From positions 1-64,000 of IMG/VR virus record IMGVR_UViG_3300031993_000048: DNA of 64,000 bases, one strand, 5' to 3'. The position numbers and the translations under genes were made by a program. Source of the stretch: a virus (Duplodnaviria; Caudoviricetes). This document shows positions 16,790 to 26,068 of the stretch, in pieces; within the stretch, counting starts at the first letter, position 1, and each line of letters starts with the position of its first letter. Under the pieces are notes generated by a model. It had not been told where the DNA came from, did not search any database, and worked only from the letters and a program-made list of their open reading frames with translations.

Positions 16790-17622
16790 GGTGGCTGGTT
16801 CTCCTTCTGCCCTTCGCGGCGTTCGCCCAGCTGGGCGCGGACAGGTCGGTGGTGGCCGAGTCCGTCTCCAACGTCCACACCAACTACTCGTGGAGGAAGA
16901 ACGTCATAATGGAGACGGAGGGCGGGCAGCTCCGCGACAAGCAGCACGCGCTCGCCACCGTCGCCAACGCCTCCGCGCAGGCCGAGACCGCGGACGGCGT
17001 CGGACGCGTAGCCTCCGCGTGGAGGCAGGGGTTCTCGAACGGCGTCGAGTCCCTGTCCGCCACGCTCTCCAGCGTCCCGCGCACCGGGCGGTACGTCTCC
17101 CTCCGGTTCCCGCTCGTCCCGCAGACCTCGCGCAGGTTCGACATCTACGTCGTCTCCAACCGGTACGACTCCGCCGCGAACGAGGACATCCTCTGGATAT
17201 ACTTCGGGCAGAGCTACACGAACCCGCCCACGATGATGGTGCCGTACGTCTACGAGTCCGGCTTCACGACCAACAGGGTCGCCGCCTCGTGGAAGAAGGC
17301 GGGGACGACCGACCACTTCACGAACACGGTGACGCTCGTCGGGCGGGCCGACGGCGCGAACAGGACGTACGTGTGCCACAAGCTGCACGTCCCGCGCCCG
17401 GCGGTGCTCGCGGGCGTCCCGTGCAACCTGGACCCGCACGGGAAGTGGGGCGGTCCGGGCGGCGTCGTCTTCGGGAGCTACCTCCTGACCGTGACGCAGT
17501 CCGGCGTGACCTACCCGACCTACACGGGACCCGTCACCAACCAGGAGGCGGGGGTAGTTGCGTTGTTTGACAACGGCGCGTTCCTCGGAACGGTGCCCAT
17601 AGGAGAGGAGATCGGACAATGA
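16786..17622 (+). CDS. Putative exported or virion protein, 278 aa (MRWLVLLLPFAAFA-Q...)
   Basis: GGAGG upstream, ATGA coupling; AxA signal peptidase-like site. Confidence 0.75.
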   Translation: MRWLVLLLPFAAFAQLGADRSVVAESVSNVHTNYSWRKNVIMETEGGQLRDKQHALATVANASAQAETADGVGRVASAWRQGFSNGVESLSATLSSVPRTGRYVSLRFPLVPQTSRRFDIYVVSNRYDSAANEDILWIYFGQSYTNPPTMMVPYVYESGFTTNRVAASWKKAGTTDHFTNTVTLVGRADGANRTYVCHKLHVPRPAVLAGVPCNLDPHGKWGGPGGVVFGSYLLTVTQSGVTYPTYTGPVTNQEAGVVALFDNGAFLGTVPIGEEIGQ

Positions 17623-18080
17623 AGAAGATCGCAATGCTGGCCGTGATGTTCCTTGCCGCCGCGGCGTCCGCCGCGGGGCTCGACAAGGTGACGGTGTCGA
17701 GGCTCGAGTCCATCGCGTCGCAGCGGAGGCTCCAGTCGAGGGTCGTCACGAACGGGACGATGATCTGCACCTACGTGCAGGCGGGGAGGACGTGGACGGT
17801 CACGAACCGCCTCTTCTCCGCGACGGGGTACGCCCGCCCGCCCGTCTACTCGAAGCTCAAGATGTACGTCGTCTTCTCGAAGGCCGGCCACTGGGACGCG
17901 CTCAAGGCGTGGCTCCAGACGCAGACCGTCGAGGGCGTGAACGCCTGGGAGGCGTTCGACATGTGCAACGAGGTGGCGTCCGACAACCCGCTGTTCCTCC
18001 AGTGGCTTCCGGTGGCGGAGGCCGCGCTCGGGGTGGACGACGCGACGGCGAAGGCGTTGCTCAAGCAGTGCGAGCAGTAG
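17619..18080 (+). CDS. Putative exported protein, 153 aa (MKKIAMLAVMFLAAAASA-A...)
   Basis: ORF track; textbook Sec signal peptide. Confidence 0.8.
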   Translation: MKKIAMLAVMFLAAAASAAGLDKVTVSRLESIASQRRLQSRVVTNGTMICTYVQAGRTWTVTNRLFSATGYARPPVYSKLKMYVVFSKAGHWDALKAWLQTQTVEGVNAWEAFDMCNEVASDNPLFLQWLPVAEAALGVDDATAKALLKQCEQ

Positions 18081-18090
18081 GGAGGCGGAC

Positions 18091-18507
18091 ATGAAGCTCA
18101 CGATACGCAAGTACGATCCCGCGAACCCGACGAGGATCCACATCGACGAGGGTGGCTGCATCTTCTCGTCGAACTCCTACGACGTCCGGGTGTTTGCCGA
18201 CGACTTCAGGACGGACACGACCACGAAGGGGCACCTCCGCCTCCTGCGCAAGGCGTCGGAGGAGGACTCGGAGCTCACCGAGTACGCGAAGTGCCTCCTC
18301 GTCGCCGACCCCTACCGCAGGGACTGCCGCGCCGGGACGCTCGTCGTGAACGACCTCGCGCACGCGGAGCTGTGGGCCGCGCTCGCGCCCGAGAGCAGGC
18401 GGAACATCGACGACGGCTTCACGCTGGAGGTGACTCTCCAGGCCGGGGCGAGTCGCGTTGTCTACGCGCAGGTGCCGGTCATGCTGGCGCCCGCGGAGGG
18501 GGAGTAG
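18091..18507 (+). CDS. Hypothetical beta-rich protein, 138 aa
   Basis: ORF track; GGAGG upstream. Confidence 0.75.
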   Translation: MKLTIRKYDPANPTRIHIDEGGCIFSSNSYDVRVFADDFRTDTTTKGHLRLLRKASEEDSELTEYAKCLLVADPYRRDCRAGTLVVNDLAHAELWAALAPESRRNIDDGFTLEVTLQAGASRVVYAQVPVMLAPAEGE

Positions 18508-18508
18508 C

Positions 18509-18991
18509 GTGGACGTCATCGCCGACAACCAGACGGAGGCCACCATCGCCAAGCTGCGGCGCGGGGAGGCGACCGACGCCATCCGCGACGAGGTGTCGGC
18601 GGCCCTGCTGTCCTCGATGCAGACGATCATCGCCGAGCTCGGGGAGATGAAGAAGAGCCTGTGGTCCGCGCAGACGCTGAAGGACCTCGTGGACGAGAGG
18701 CACAACGTCCGCTGCGCGTCGTGCCCGGCGAAGCAGTTCGCCAGCATCCAGGCCGTGCTGGCCTCGCAGAAGAAGCAGGAGGACGCCGGCGGAAAGTCGG
18801 AGGACGCGGGCGGAAAGCCGGGGGAGAAGCCATCGTGGCTCCAGCTTCTCCTCTCGTCCGAGTCGATAAGGTACTTCATACTCATCCTCGTCCTCGTGTG
18901 GGCGGTCATCTACATCAAGACCGGCCCGGAGGGCGTGGACGCGGTGAAGGGCGGGGTCGCCCATACGGTAACGGGAGGACAAGTCAAATGA
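18509..18991 (+). CDS. Membrane protein, 160 aa, with C-terminal TM helix (holin-like candidate)
   Basis: GTG start; YFILILVLVWAVIYI; position next to lipoprotein and protease genes. Confidence 0.55.
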   Translation: MDVIADNQTEATIAKLRRGEATDAIRDEVSAALLSSMQTIIAELGEMKKSLWSAQTLKDLVDERHNVRCASCPAKQFASIQAVLASQKKQEDAGGKSEDAGGKPGEKPSWLQLLLSSESIRYFILILVLVWAVIYIKTGPEGVDAVKGGVAHTVTGGQVK

Positions 18992-19116
18992 AGTGGATGT
19001 TCGCAGTCGTCGCGCTGGCCCTGCTGGCCGGCTGCGCGTCGAGGCACGAGCTGCCGAGCGGGGACCGGTTCCCGGAACCCGACCGGTGGTGGCTGGCTGG
19101 AGGAAACGGAGAATGA
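18988..19116 (+). CDS. 42-aa lipoprotein (spanin-like candidate) MKWMFAVVALALLAG-CASRH...
   Basis: Lipobox LAGC; ATGA coupling. Confidence 0.7.
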   Translation: MKWMFAVVALALLAGCASRHELPSGDRFPEPDRWWLAGGNGE

Positions 19117-19808
19117 ACAAGTACGAGAAGCTGTTCTTCCCCGGCGCCCTGAAGACGCCGGAGAAGCTGAAGTCCAGGGCGTTCTGCGCGGCGAAGAACT
19201 TCGAGCCGCCGAAGGAGCTCATACTGTCGGGGTACTGCGTGCCCGTCGACAACCAGGGGCAGACCCCGTGGTGCGCCGCGTACAGCGCGGCCAACTACGC
19301 GGAGAACATCCTCTGGCGCAAGCGGGGCTACCACTCCGAGATCGACCCGGAGCCGCTGTACAGGTACGCCAAGTCGATCGACGGCGACCCGCACGGCGAC
19401 GGGACGTACCTGGAGTGCACGCTCGAGGCGCTCGTCAAGTACGGGCACTTCGACGGGACCCTGTGCAAGATCAGGACGTTCGGCGGGCCCGGGTTCGGGC
19501 GCGACGCCGCGTCCGCGCTCCTGGACGTCAAGTACGCCGTCCACAAGTACGGCATCTGCATGGCCGGGTTCAACGTCTCCTCCGAGTGGTTCCGCCCGAA
19601 GAACGGCGTCATCACCGGCGCGACGAAGGACAGCGAGGGCGGCCACGCCGTCCTCATCTGCGGGTACGACGAGGGCGGCGTCCTCGTGCAGAACAGCTGG
19701 GGCAAGGACTACGGCCACGGCGGGTTCGTGTACGTTTCCAACAAGGCGTTCGCCGACCAGTTCATATACGGCGCGATCCTCACGCGGTCGCTCGACGGGT
19801 TCAACTGA
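19113..19808 (+). CDS. Papain-like cysteine peptidase (family C1-like), 231 aa
   Basis: DNQGQTPWCAAY (oxyanion Q, catalytic C), GGHAVLICGYD (H), QNSWGKDYGHGGF (N). Confidence 0.9.
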   Translation: MNKYEKLFFPGALKTPEKLKSRAFCAAKNFEPPKELILSGYCVPVDNQGQTPWCAAYSAANYAENILWRKRGYHSEIDPEPLYRYAKSIDGDPHGDGTYLECTLEALVKYGHFDGTLCKIRTFGGPGFGRDAASALLDVKYAVHKYGICMAGFNVSSEWFRPKNGVITGATKDSEGGHAVLICGYDEGGVLVQNSWGKDYGHGGFVYVSNKAFADQFIYGAILTRSLDGFN

Positions 19809-19822
19809 TCCCGGGAGGGCGG

Positions 19823-21760
19823 ATGGCCGACAGCGGGTACAGGCGGTACTACGGGCAGGACTGGCCTCCCGTGCCCGACGGGCGCGGGAACCTCGTCCCC
19901 GTCACCAAGGCGTTCGCCGGGCTCGTGATCGGGAAGAAGTGGCGGTTCTTCAAGGCCCAGCAGGACATCGAGTTCGACGTCGAGCCGTGGGTCGCCATGC
20001 TGGACGCGGCGAAGGCGCTCATACCCGAGCGGTACTTCGTCGTCTCCGAGTGGACGGAGCAGCACTTCCACGACTGGTGCATGTGCCCGAAGGGGATCGT
20101 CACGATCGGCTGCGCGTCGTGCGGCAAGTCGTGCGACACCGGGAACCTCATGGTCCTCGACTACATCGTCGACCCGTTCGACACCGTGATACTGCTCGGC
20201 TCCACCACGAAGGAGGCGCTCAAGTCCCGCTCGTGGAACTTCGTCCAGCAGTACCACGCCGCGCTCTGCAACAACAGGCTCGGGCTCGCCGTCCCCGGCA
20301 AGATCACGAAGGCGGGGTACGCCCTCGTGAACGTGAGCGAGGACGGGTCGCCGGAGTCCGTCGGCGACAAGGCCGGCATACAGGGCAGGGCCCTCAACGA
20401 GGACGGCAACCTCCAGGGCGCGCACGCGAAGTTCGTGCGCCTCGTCGTCGACGAGCTCGCCACGATCCGCAACCACGACGCGATCAAGACCGCGATGACG
20501 AACCTCCGCGTCGGCGCCCTCGACTTCAAGTTCGCCGCGCTCGCCAACCCCGAGAGCTGGGACGACCCGTCGTGCCAGTACATCGTGCCGGAGGGCGGGA
20601 CGAAGGCCGTCGACGTCGACACCGGGTTCTGGGTGTCCACCCGCGGCTACTGGGTCAGGCACCACGACGGGCTCAAGTCGCCCGCGCTCAAGTCGCCGGA
20701 GGCCGCCGCGAAGTTCTCGTTCCTGATGACGCAGGACGTGATAGACGACAACCTCCGCGAGTGCGACGGCAACTGGGACGCGCCGCAGATGTGGAAGATG
20801 GTGCGCGGGTTCCCGATGCCCGTGAACGTCTCGGCCCCGACCGTCCTCGACAGGAAGGTCGGCGAGCAGAACAAGGTGACGGAGCCCGTGGAGTCCTACG
20901 GCAGGCCGCCGGTCGCGGTGGCCGCGGGCGTCGACCCCGCGTGGAGCGACGGCGGCGACGGCGCGATCTACCAGCGCGTCCTTATAAGGAACGTCGACGG
21001 GCGCCTGGTGCTCGACTTCTCCGACGGGCAGAGGAAGCTCGCGATCGGCGCGACGAAGGGCGTCCCCGTCTCGCAGCAGCTGATAACGCAGGTGAAGGAG
21101 ATCATGCAGTCGCCGGGCGACTACTGCGCGCCGCTCTCCGCGACCGCCGTGGACGCGTCCGCGAACCAGGGCCTCGCCGACGACCTCGACATGTTCATCG
21201 GCCAGGGCGCCGCGTCGTGCCTCCACGTCAACAACTCCAACAGGGCGTCGTCGAACCCGATAAGGGCGATGGGCGTCGGCAGGGCCGACAAGAAGGACAG
21301 GCAGGTCGAGCGGTGCTGCGACAGGTACGGCGACCGCGGGACGGAGGCGTGGTGCGTCCTCGCCGAGTTCTGCAAGGCCGGGCAGGTGCGCGGGCTCCCG
21401 GAGGAGGCGTTCCGCCAGCTCACGCAGCGCAGGTTCATGCTCGTCACGAAGAAGGTGAACGGCGAGACGATGTCCTCCGGCGTGAGGTTCCCGCTCCGCC
21501 TGGAGCCGAAGGACGATTTCAAGAAACGGATAAAGAAGTCCCCCGACGAGTGCGACGCGTGCGCCCTCGCGGCGCTCGCGGTGAAGGAGGCGCTCGGCCT
21601 CCTGCCGTTCGGATGGATGGCCCCCGCGGACGTTCCGCTCACGGGCCCCGCCGTGCCGCCCGCGCCGCTCGAGCTCGTCGACGTGCCCGACCCGGAGGCG
21701 TACTGCGCCGCGCCGGACTCGGGGCCGTGCGGGGCCGGAGAGGAGGATCCCTCATGGTGA
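19823..21760 (+). CDS. terL: Terminase large subunit, 645 aa
   Basis: Walker A GCASCGKS, Walker B LVVDE, nuclease motifs GVDPAWSDGGD and KKSPDECDA. Confidence 0.88.
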   Translation: MADSGYRRYYGQDWPPVPDGRGNLVPVTKAFAGLVIGKKWRFFKAQQDIEFDVEPWVAMLDAAKALIPERYFVVSEWTEQHFHDWCMCPKGIVTIGCASCGKSCDTGNLMVLDYIVDPFDTVILLGSTTKEALKSRSWNFVQQYHAALCNNRLGLAVPGKITKAGYALVNVSEDGSPESVGDKAGIQGRALNEDGNLQGAHAKFVRLVVDELATIRNHDAIKTAMTNLRVGALDFKFAALANPESWDDPSCQYIVPEGGTKAVDVDTGFWVSTRGYWVRHHDGLKSPALKSPEAAAKFSFLMTQDVIDDNLRECDGNWDAPQMWKMVRGFPMPVNVSAPTVLDRKVGEQNKVTEPVESYGRPPVAVAAGVDPAWSDGGDGAIYQRVLIRNVDGRLVLDFSDGQRKLAIGATKGVPVSQQLITQVKEIMQSPGDYCAPLSATAVDASANQGLADDLDMFIGQGAASCLHVNNSNRASSNPIRAMGVGRADKKDRQVERCCDRYGDRGTEAWCVLAEFCKAGQVRGLPEEAFRQLTQRRFMLVTKKVNGETMSSGVRFPLRLEPKDDFKKRIKKSPDECDACALAALAVKEALGLLPFGWMAPADVPLTGPAVPPAPLELVDVPDPEAYCAAPDSGPCGAGEEDPSW

Positions 21761-24700
21761 GCGCGAACGACAGGGGCGCGGCGGAGAAGATAGCGGCCGA
21801 CCTCGTGTGGAGGCTGGACGTCCTCCAGCACCGGTGCAGGTACAACGTCCGCACCGGCAAGTACAGGAACCTGCCGACGAGGATCCGCAGGTTCTCCAAC
21901 GCCTGCCCGACCGACATCGTCGCCGACGTCCTCGACGCCCTCATCAGGATGGCGCCGTACACCCGCGTCGTCTTCAACGGCGAGGACGATCCCGAGGTGC
22001 GCTACCGTCCGACGATGACGATGATCAAGAAGGACGACTCCCTGAAGTCCACGGAGGGCAGCAAGGGCACGTACACGATCGTCCAGGACCTCCTGCTCGA
22101 GGGCGAGATAGACCTCTTCATGCACGGCGACGCGTCGTCGTGCTCGCGCGCCGTGACCGCCACGCGCTACTGGGACGAGGCCGAGGTGATGGACTGCCCG
22201 CAGGGAGGGCAGGGCGTCGTCTACCAGGTGACGGACGTCGTGCGCGACAAGGAGACCGACCTCTTCTCGTTCACCGTCAAGGAGACGCGCGCGATCACGC
22301 AGCACCTCCCGGAGACCGTGACGGAGTGCGACGACGACAAGACCGTGACCGTCGAGACCTGGGACAACGTCTACACCGACGACACCGGGGCGGAGCGGAC
22401 GTACAGGTGGGACGACGTCGTCCACGACGGGAGCGCGATCGGGCTGCCCGCCCCGTGCGACCACGAGGACGGGACGCTCGTCAAGATCGACGTCTCCGAG
22501 AACGACGACTGCACCCTGAAGATACAGGTGACGCGCACGACCTCGAAGCCCGAGGAGTACGCCGAGTACCTCCGCTACCGCGACCAGTTCCTGAAGAGGG
22601 ACATGGACTTCCACAAGGCCGTCGCGCCCGTCCCCGGCGACAGGAGCGGAGTCGAGTACGACCCCGCCGCCGGGACGAAGACGACCGTCGAGGTGAAGTC
22701 GAACGAGGACGGCACCGTCGACAGGCGCGTGACCGTCGACACCGAGCGGGCCGTCCAGAACTACGAGTACAGCGAGACCGTCATGCCCCGGTTCACGGAG
22801 AAGTCCTGGACCGACCGGTTCCAGCTCTCGCCGGCGGCGGGGCTCCCGCCCGAGTTCGCGTACGGCACGTGGAAGTTCACGAAGACCGAGGCCGGACGCT
22901 ACCACAACACGTACACGGGCCACGTCCCGATAGCGAGCACGATCGGCTACCAGTGCGACGACACCGCGTTCCTCCACACGCACTCGGAGAACAGGACGCT
23001 CGCGGCCTACCCCGACCCGGAGGAGTGCGTCCCCGTCGCGGGCGGCGGCGTCGTGACGGCCTACGACGTCAGGAAGGACGACCAGGGCAACATCACCAAG
23101 GTCACGCAGAGGAAGACGGAGCACGAGTACCCGGCGTACAGGCGCACGGTCTCGTCGACGCTCCTCGGCAAGATCGTCCGCGTCTACGACAAGAGCATGG
23201 CCTCGATCCTCGGCGACCCCGCGGACGGCACCGTCGCGACCGTCGAGTACCAGGTGACGGACGGGAGGCTCTTCGACAGGGTGCAGGAGACGTTCGTCCT
23301 GAACAACGACGAGATCGAGCTCGCGGCCAACTGCCGCAAGACCGTGTTCGAGCACGTGCAGGCGGGCGAGAAGACCGCGACCGCGATGGGCGGCCACACG
23401 TCGGACGCGGGCGTGCGGCCCGACCAGTACACGAGCGGGGCCCCGCTCCGCGGCTGGCACTCGCAGACGCACTTCGTGAAGGACGTGAACACGGGCGCGA
23501 TCCGCCGGCAGGTCGAGGAGACCGTGGAGATACCCTTCCAGGACGCTGTCGTGGAGAAGCACCGGACGCTCCGCGGGACCCTCGTGAAGGTGACGCACCG
23601 CAACCAGACGGTGACGGCGGCGCAGCTTCTCGGGCTCGACAAGTCCGTCGGCCAGCAGGAGTCCCGCTCGACGAACCTCGGCGGGTCGGTCGACCAGACG
23701 CTCACCTACTACGTCCCGAACGCGGGGGCGGACTTGCAGGCCAGCTGCTCGCTCACGATCACCCGGCACAGGCACGAGACCGAGACCGTCCTCGAGGACG
23801 GCGCGGCGGTCGAGGCGGGCTCGGGCGTCGTCAAGGCCGGCGGCGGGCTGTGCGTCAAGGAGACCGTCCAGTCCGACGAGAACGGGATCGCGACGAAGAA
23901 GGTCGAGACCACGAAGGAGCTCGACCGCGTGTTCGGCTCGCGCGTCCACGAGGACGCGTTGCAGGCGCACCAGGTCATCGAGGAGACGAGCGCCAGGAAG
24001 AACCTCGGCGACGCCGACGGCGAGGGGACGGAGTTCCCGGACGGCCACGCCACGCACCCGAACGCGGGGGCGGAGGGCGCCGCGTCCAACCTCGCGGACG
24101 GCGTCGCCAGCCCGTTCGACGCCTCGCGGACGGACGCGGGGCTCGGCGACAACACGTTCCCCAACGGGCCCAAGGGGTACCTCGGGGAGTGGATCACCAC
24201 GGGCAAGCTCGTCCCCGGCGGCGGGTTCGAGCGCGGGCTCCAGTACGTCGCCGACAGCGAGCTCACGGACGGCGGGCGGTACCACACGAAGAAGTACAAG
24301 TACGTCCCCAAGCCGCAGAAGTGGCTGGACGCCGCGCTCGAGAACACGACCGGCGGCCACTACACGTGGAACTTCAGGAACCTCACGCAGGAGCAGGTGA
24401 AGGAGCTTGTGATCGACGCCTGCGCGGTCGCGGGCGGGGCGGAGAACCGGACCGGCAAGTTCTTCGGGTCGTTCAAGAACTGCCCGTTCATCCGCCGCGT
24501 GCTGAACGACTTCGGGCTCTACGACGGATCCTGCGGGTTCGAGTCCCGGGCCGTGACCGGCAGCGGCTCCAGCTCGCAGGCCACGACCGACTACATCGAC
24601 ACGATCGCGACGTGGAGGGAGGTCGACGTGAAGGTCGTGCCCGTGGTCGCGGAGGACGTCGACCTCGACGGGTTCGCCGCCTACGTGACCACGACCACGT

Positions 24701-24894
24701 CGGACTGGGTGCTGAAGGTCGGCAAGGGCCGCACGAAGATCAACAACTCGACGTTCTACGGAACCCCGTCGATCCAGTTCGACCCGCTCTCGGAGCGGTT
24801 CACGATCCGCGCGTGCACGGGCGTGACGACGAAGACGGAGTACATCGAGAAGGTCGGAAGCGGAGCCGAGATAACGGTGAAGCCGAAGACGTGA
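21754..24894 (+). CDS. Large Thr-rich repeat protein, 1046 aa, probable tail/virion component
   Basis: GGAGG upstream of ATG 21754; recurring beta-hairpin motifs (e.g. NEDGTVD, TEAGRYH, DENGIAT). Confidence 0.7.
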   Translation: MVSANDRGAAEKIAADLVWRLDVLQHRCRYNVRTGKYRNLPTRIRRFSNACPTDIVADVLDALIRMAPYTRVVFNGEDDPEVRYRPTMTMIKKDDSLKSTEGSKGTYTIVQDLLLEGEIDLFMHGDASSCSRAVTATRYWDEAEVMDCPQGGQGVVYQVTDVVRDKETDLFSFTVKETRAITQHLPETVTECDDDKTVTVETWDNVYTDDTGAERTYRWDDVVHDGSAIGLPAPCDHEDGTLVKIDVSENDDCTLKIQVTRTTSKPEEYAEYLRYRDQFLKRDMDFHKAVAPVPGDRSGVEYDPAAGTKTTVEVKSNEDGTVDRRVTVDTERAVQNYEYSETVMPRFTEKSWTDRFQLSPAAGLPPEFAYGTWKFTKTEAGRYHNTYTGHVPIASTIGYQCDDTAFLHTHSENRTLAAYPDPEECVPVAGGGVVTAYDVRKDDQGNITKVTQRKTEHEYPAYRRTVSSTLLGKIVRVYDKSMASILGDPADGTVATVEYQVTDGRLFDRVQETFVLNNDEIELAANCRKTVFEHVQAGEKTATAMGGHTSDAGVRPDQYTSGAPLRGWHSQTHFVKDVNTGAIRRQVEETVEIPFQDAVVEKHRTLRGTLVKVTHRNQTVTAAQLLGLDKSVGQQESRSTNLGGSVDQTLTYYVPNAGADLQASCSLTITRHRHETETVLEDGAAVEAGSGVVKAGGGLCVKETVQSDENGIATKKVETTKELDRVFGSRVHEDALQAHQVIEETSARKNLGDADGEGTEFPDGHATHPNAGAEGAASNLADGVASPFDASRTDAGLGDNTFPNGPKGYLGEWITTGKLVPGGGFERGLQYVADSELTDGGRYHTKKYKYVPKPQKWLDAALENTTGGHYTWNFRNLTQEQVKELVIDACAVAGGAENRTGKFFGSFKNCPFIRRVLNDFGLYDGSCGFESRAVTGSGSSSQATTDYIDTIATWREVDVKVVPVVAEDVDLDGFAAYVTTTTSDWVLKVGKGRTKINNSTFYGTPSIQFDPLSERFTIRACTGVTTKTEYIEKVGSGAEITVKPKT

Positions 24895-24904
24895 CGGAGG
24901 GGTT

Positions 24905-26059
24905 ATGGCGGGAGCATCCAGCAAGAGTCCTGACAAGGCGCCGACGACGTCGCCGCAGCGCGCGCAGCCGATGGAGTCGTTCTACCTCGACGCCGCCCTC
25001 GGCGCCGACGGCGGAGGCGAAGAGTCCGCGGCGATGGGCGGGGGCGGAGCGGCGGGCGGCTCCGTGCAGTTCGGGAACCCCGTGCGGCTTTCCGCGCCCG
25101 TCACCTTCCAGCTCCGGTTCAGCCGTCCGCAGGGGGAGAAGGCGAGGCGCGAGCTCCAGATGTACATGGCCGACCCCGACTACGCCGTGTGCTGGAACGG
25201 GGTGGCGCTCGAGGACGACTCCGACCTCCCCGGCGGGAACTTCATGGGCGGGCGGTGGGAGACGATCTCGTCGGACGCGTCGCGGTCGATGAGGGTGTGG
25301 CTCGACATCCACCTGAAGCTGCTGTACGACCGCAAGCTCGAGAAGCGCACGATCACGGAGACGATCGACGGCGTCGAGCGCGAAGTCGAGCGCAAGTTCG
25401 TGAAGGACACGTTCCGCAAGGTGGACGACGACTGCAAGAAGTTCAAGGTCGTCGTGGGCGCCCGCCCGTCCGAGACCAAGGACCAGTGGATCGCCAAGAA
25501 GGCGGCGGACGTCGGAGGCGGAACCCCGCTCTCCACGAGTCCGCTCGTCCGGTGGCGGCTCCTCGCCGACAACAAGGACGACGGCTCGCAGGAGCTCGAG
25601 GCCGAGGTCCACTACTCGATCCTGGTCGGCGGCGTGTACGACGGCAAGATCGTGAACAACGTGCTGGGCGCGATCCAGATCGTCAACTTCAACGGACTCG
25701 AGAGCTACGTGCCGGAGGACAGTGGCACGGGAAGCGCGTCGGCGTCGCAGTCGGCGTCGCAGTCCGAGTCCGCCGGAATGAGCGAGAGCATGTCCGCCGG
25801 CGGCTCCGGCTCCGGCGGCGGGCCCGGCGGGGCTTCCGGCTCCGGCGGAGGTCCGGGCGGCTCCGGCTCCTCCACCCCGCCGCCCCCGCAGACCGGGACG
25901 ACCGGCAGGAAGAAGCGCAAGTACGTCGGGGAGATACGGTACGTGTGCCCGAACTTCCAGCAGCGCATCGACACCTACGACCCCGAGACCGACACGGTGA
26001 CGGAGGGCGAGTGGACGAACGTCACGACCGCCGTGCCGCACAGCGGGGAGCACGCGTAA
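24905..26059 (+). CDS. Hypothetical structural protein, 384 aa, with Gly/Ser linkers
   Basis: ORF track; GGAGG upstream. Confidence 0.75.
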   Translation: MAGASSKSPDKAPTTSPQRAQPMESFYLDAALGADGGGEESAAMGGGGAAGGSVQFGNPVRLSAPVTFQLRFSRPQGEKARRELQMYMADPDYAVCWNGVALEDDSDLPGGNFMGGRWETISSDASRSMRVWLDIHLKLLYDRKLEKRTITETIDGVEREVERKFVKDTFRKVDDDCKKFKVVVGARPSETKDQWIAKKAADVGGGTPLSTSPLVRWRLLADNKDDGSQELEAEVHYSILVGGVYDGKIVNNVLGAIQIVNFNGLESYVPEDSGTGSASASQSASQSESAGMSESMSAGGSGSGGGPGGASGSGGGPGGSGSSTPPPPQTGTTGRKKRKYVGEIRYVCPNFQQRIDTYDPETDTVTEGEWTNVTTAVPHSGEHA

Positions 26060-26068
26060 GGAGGACGA

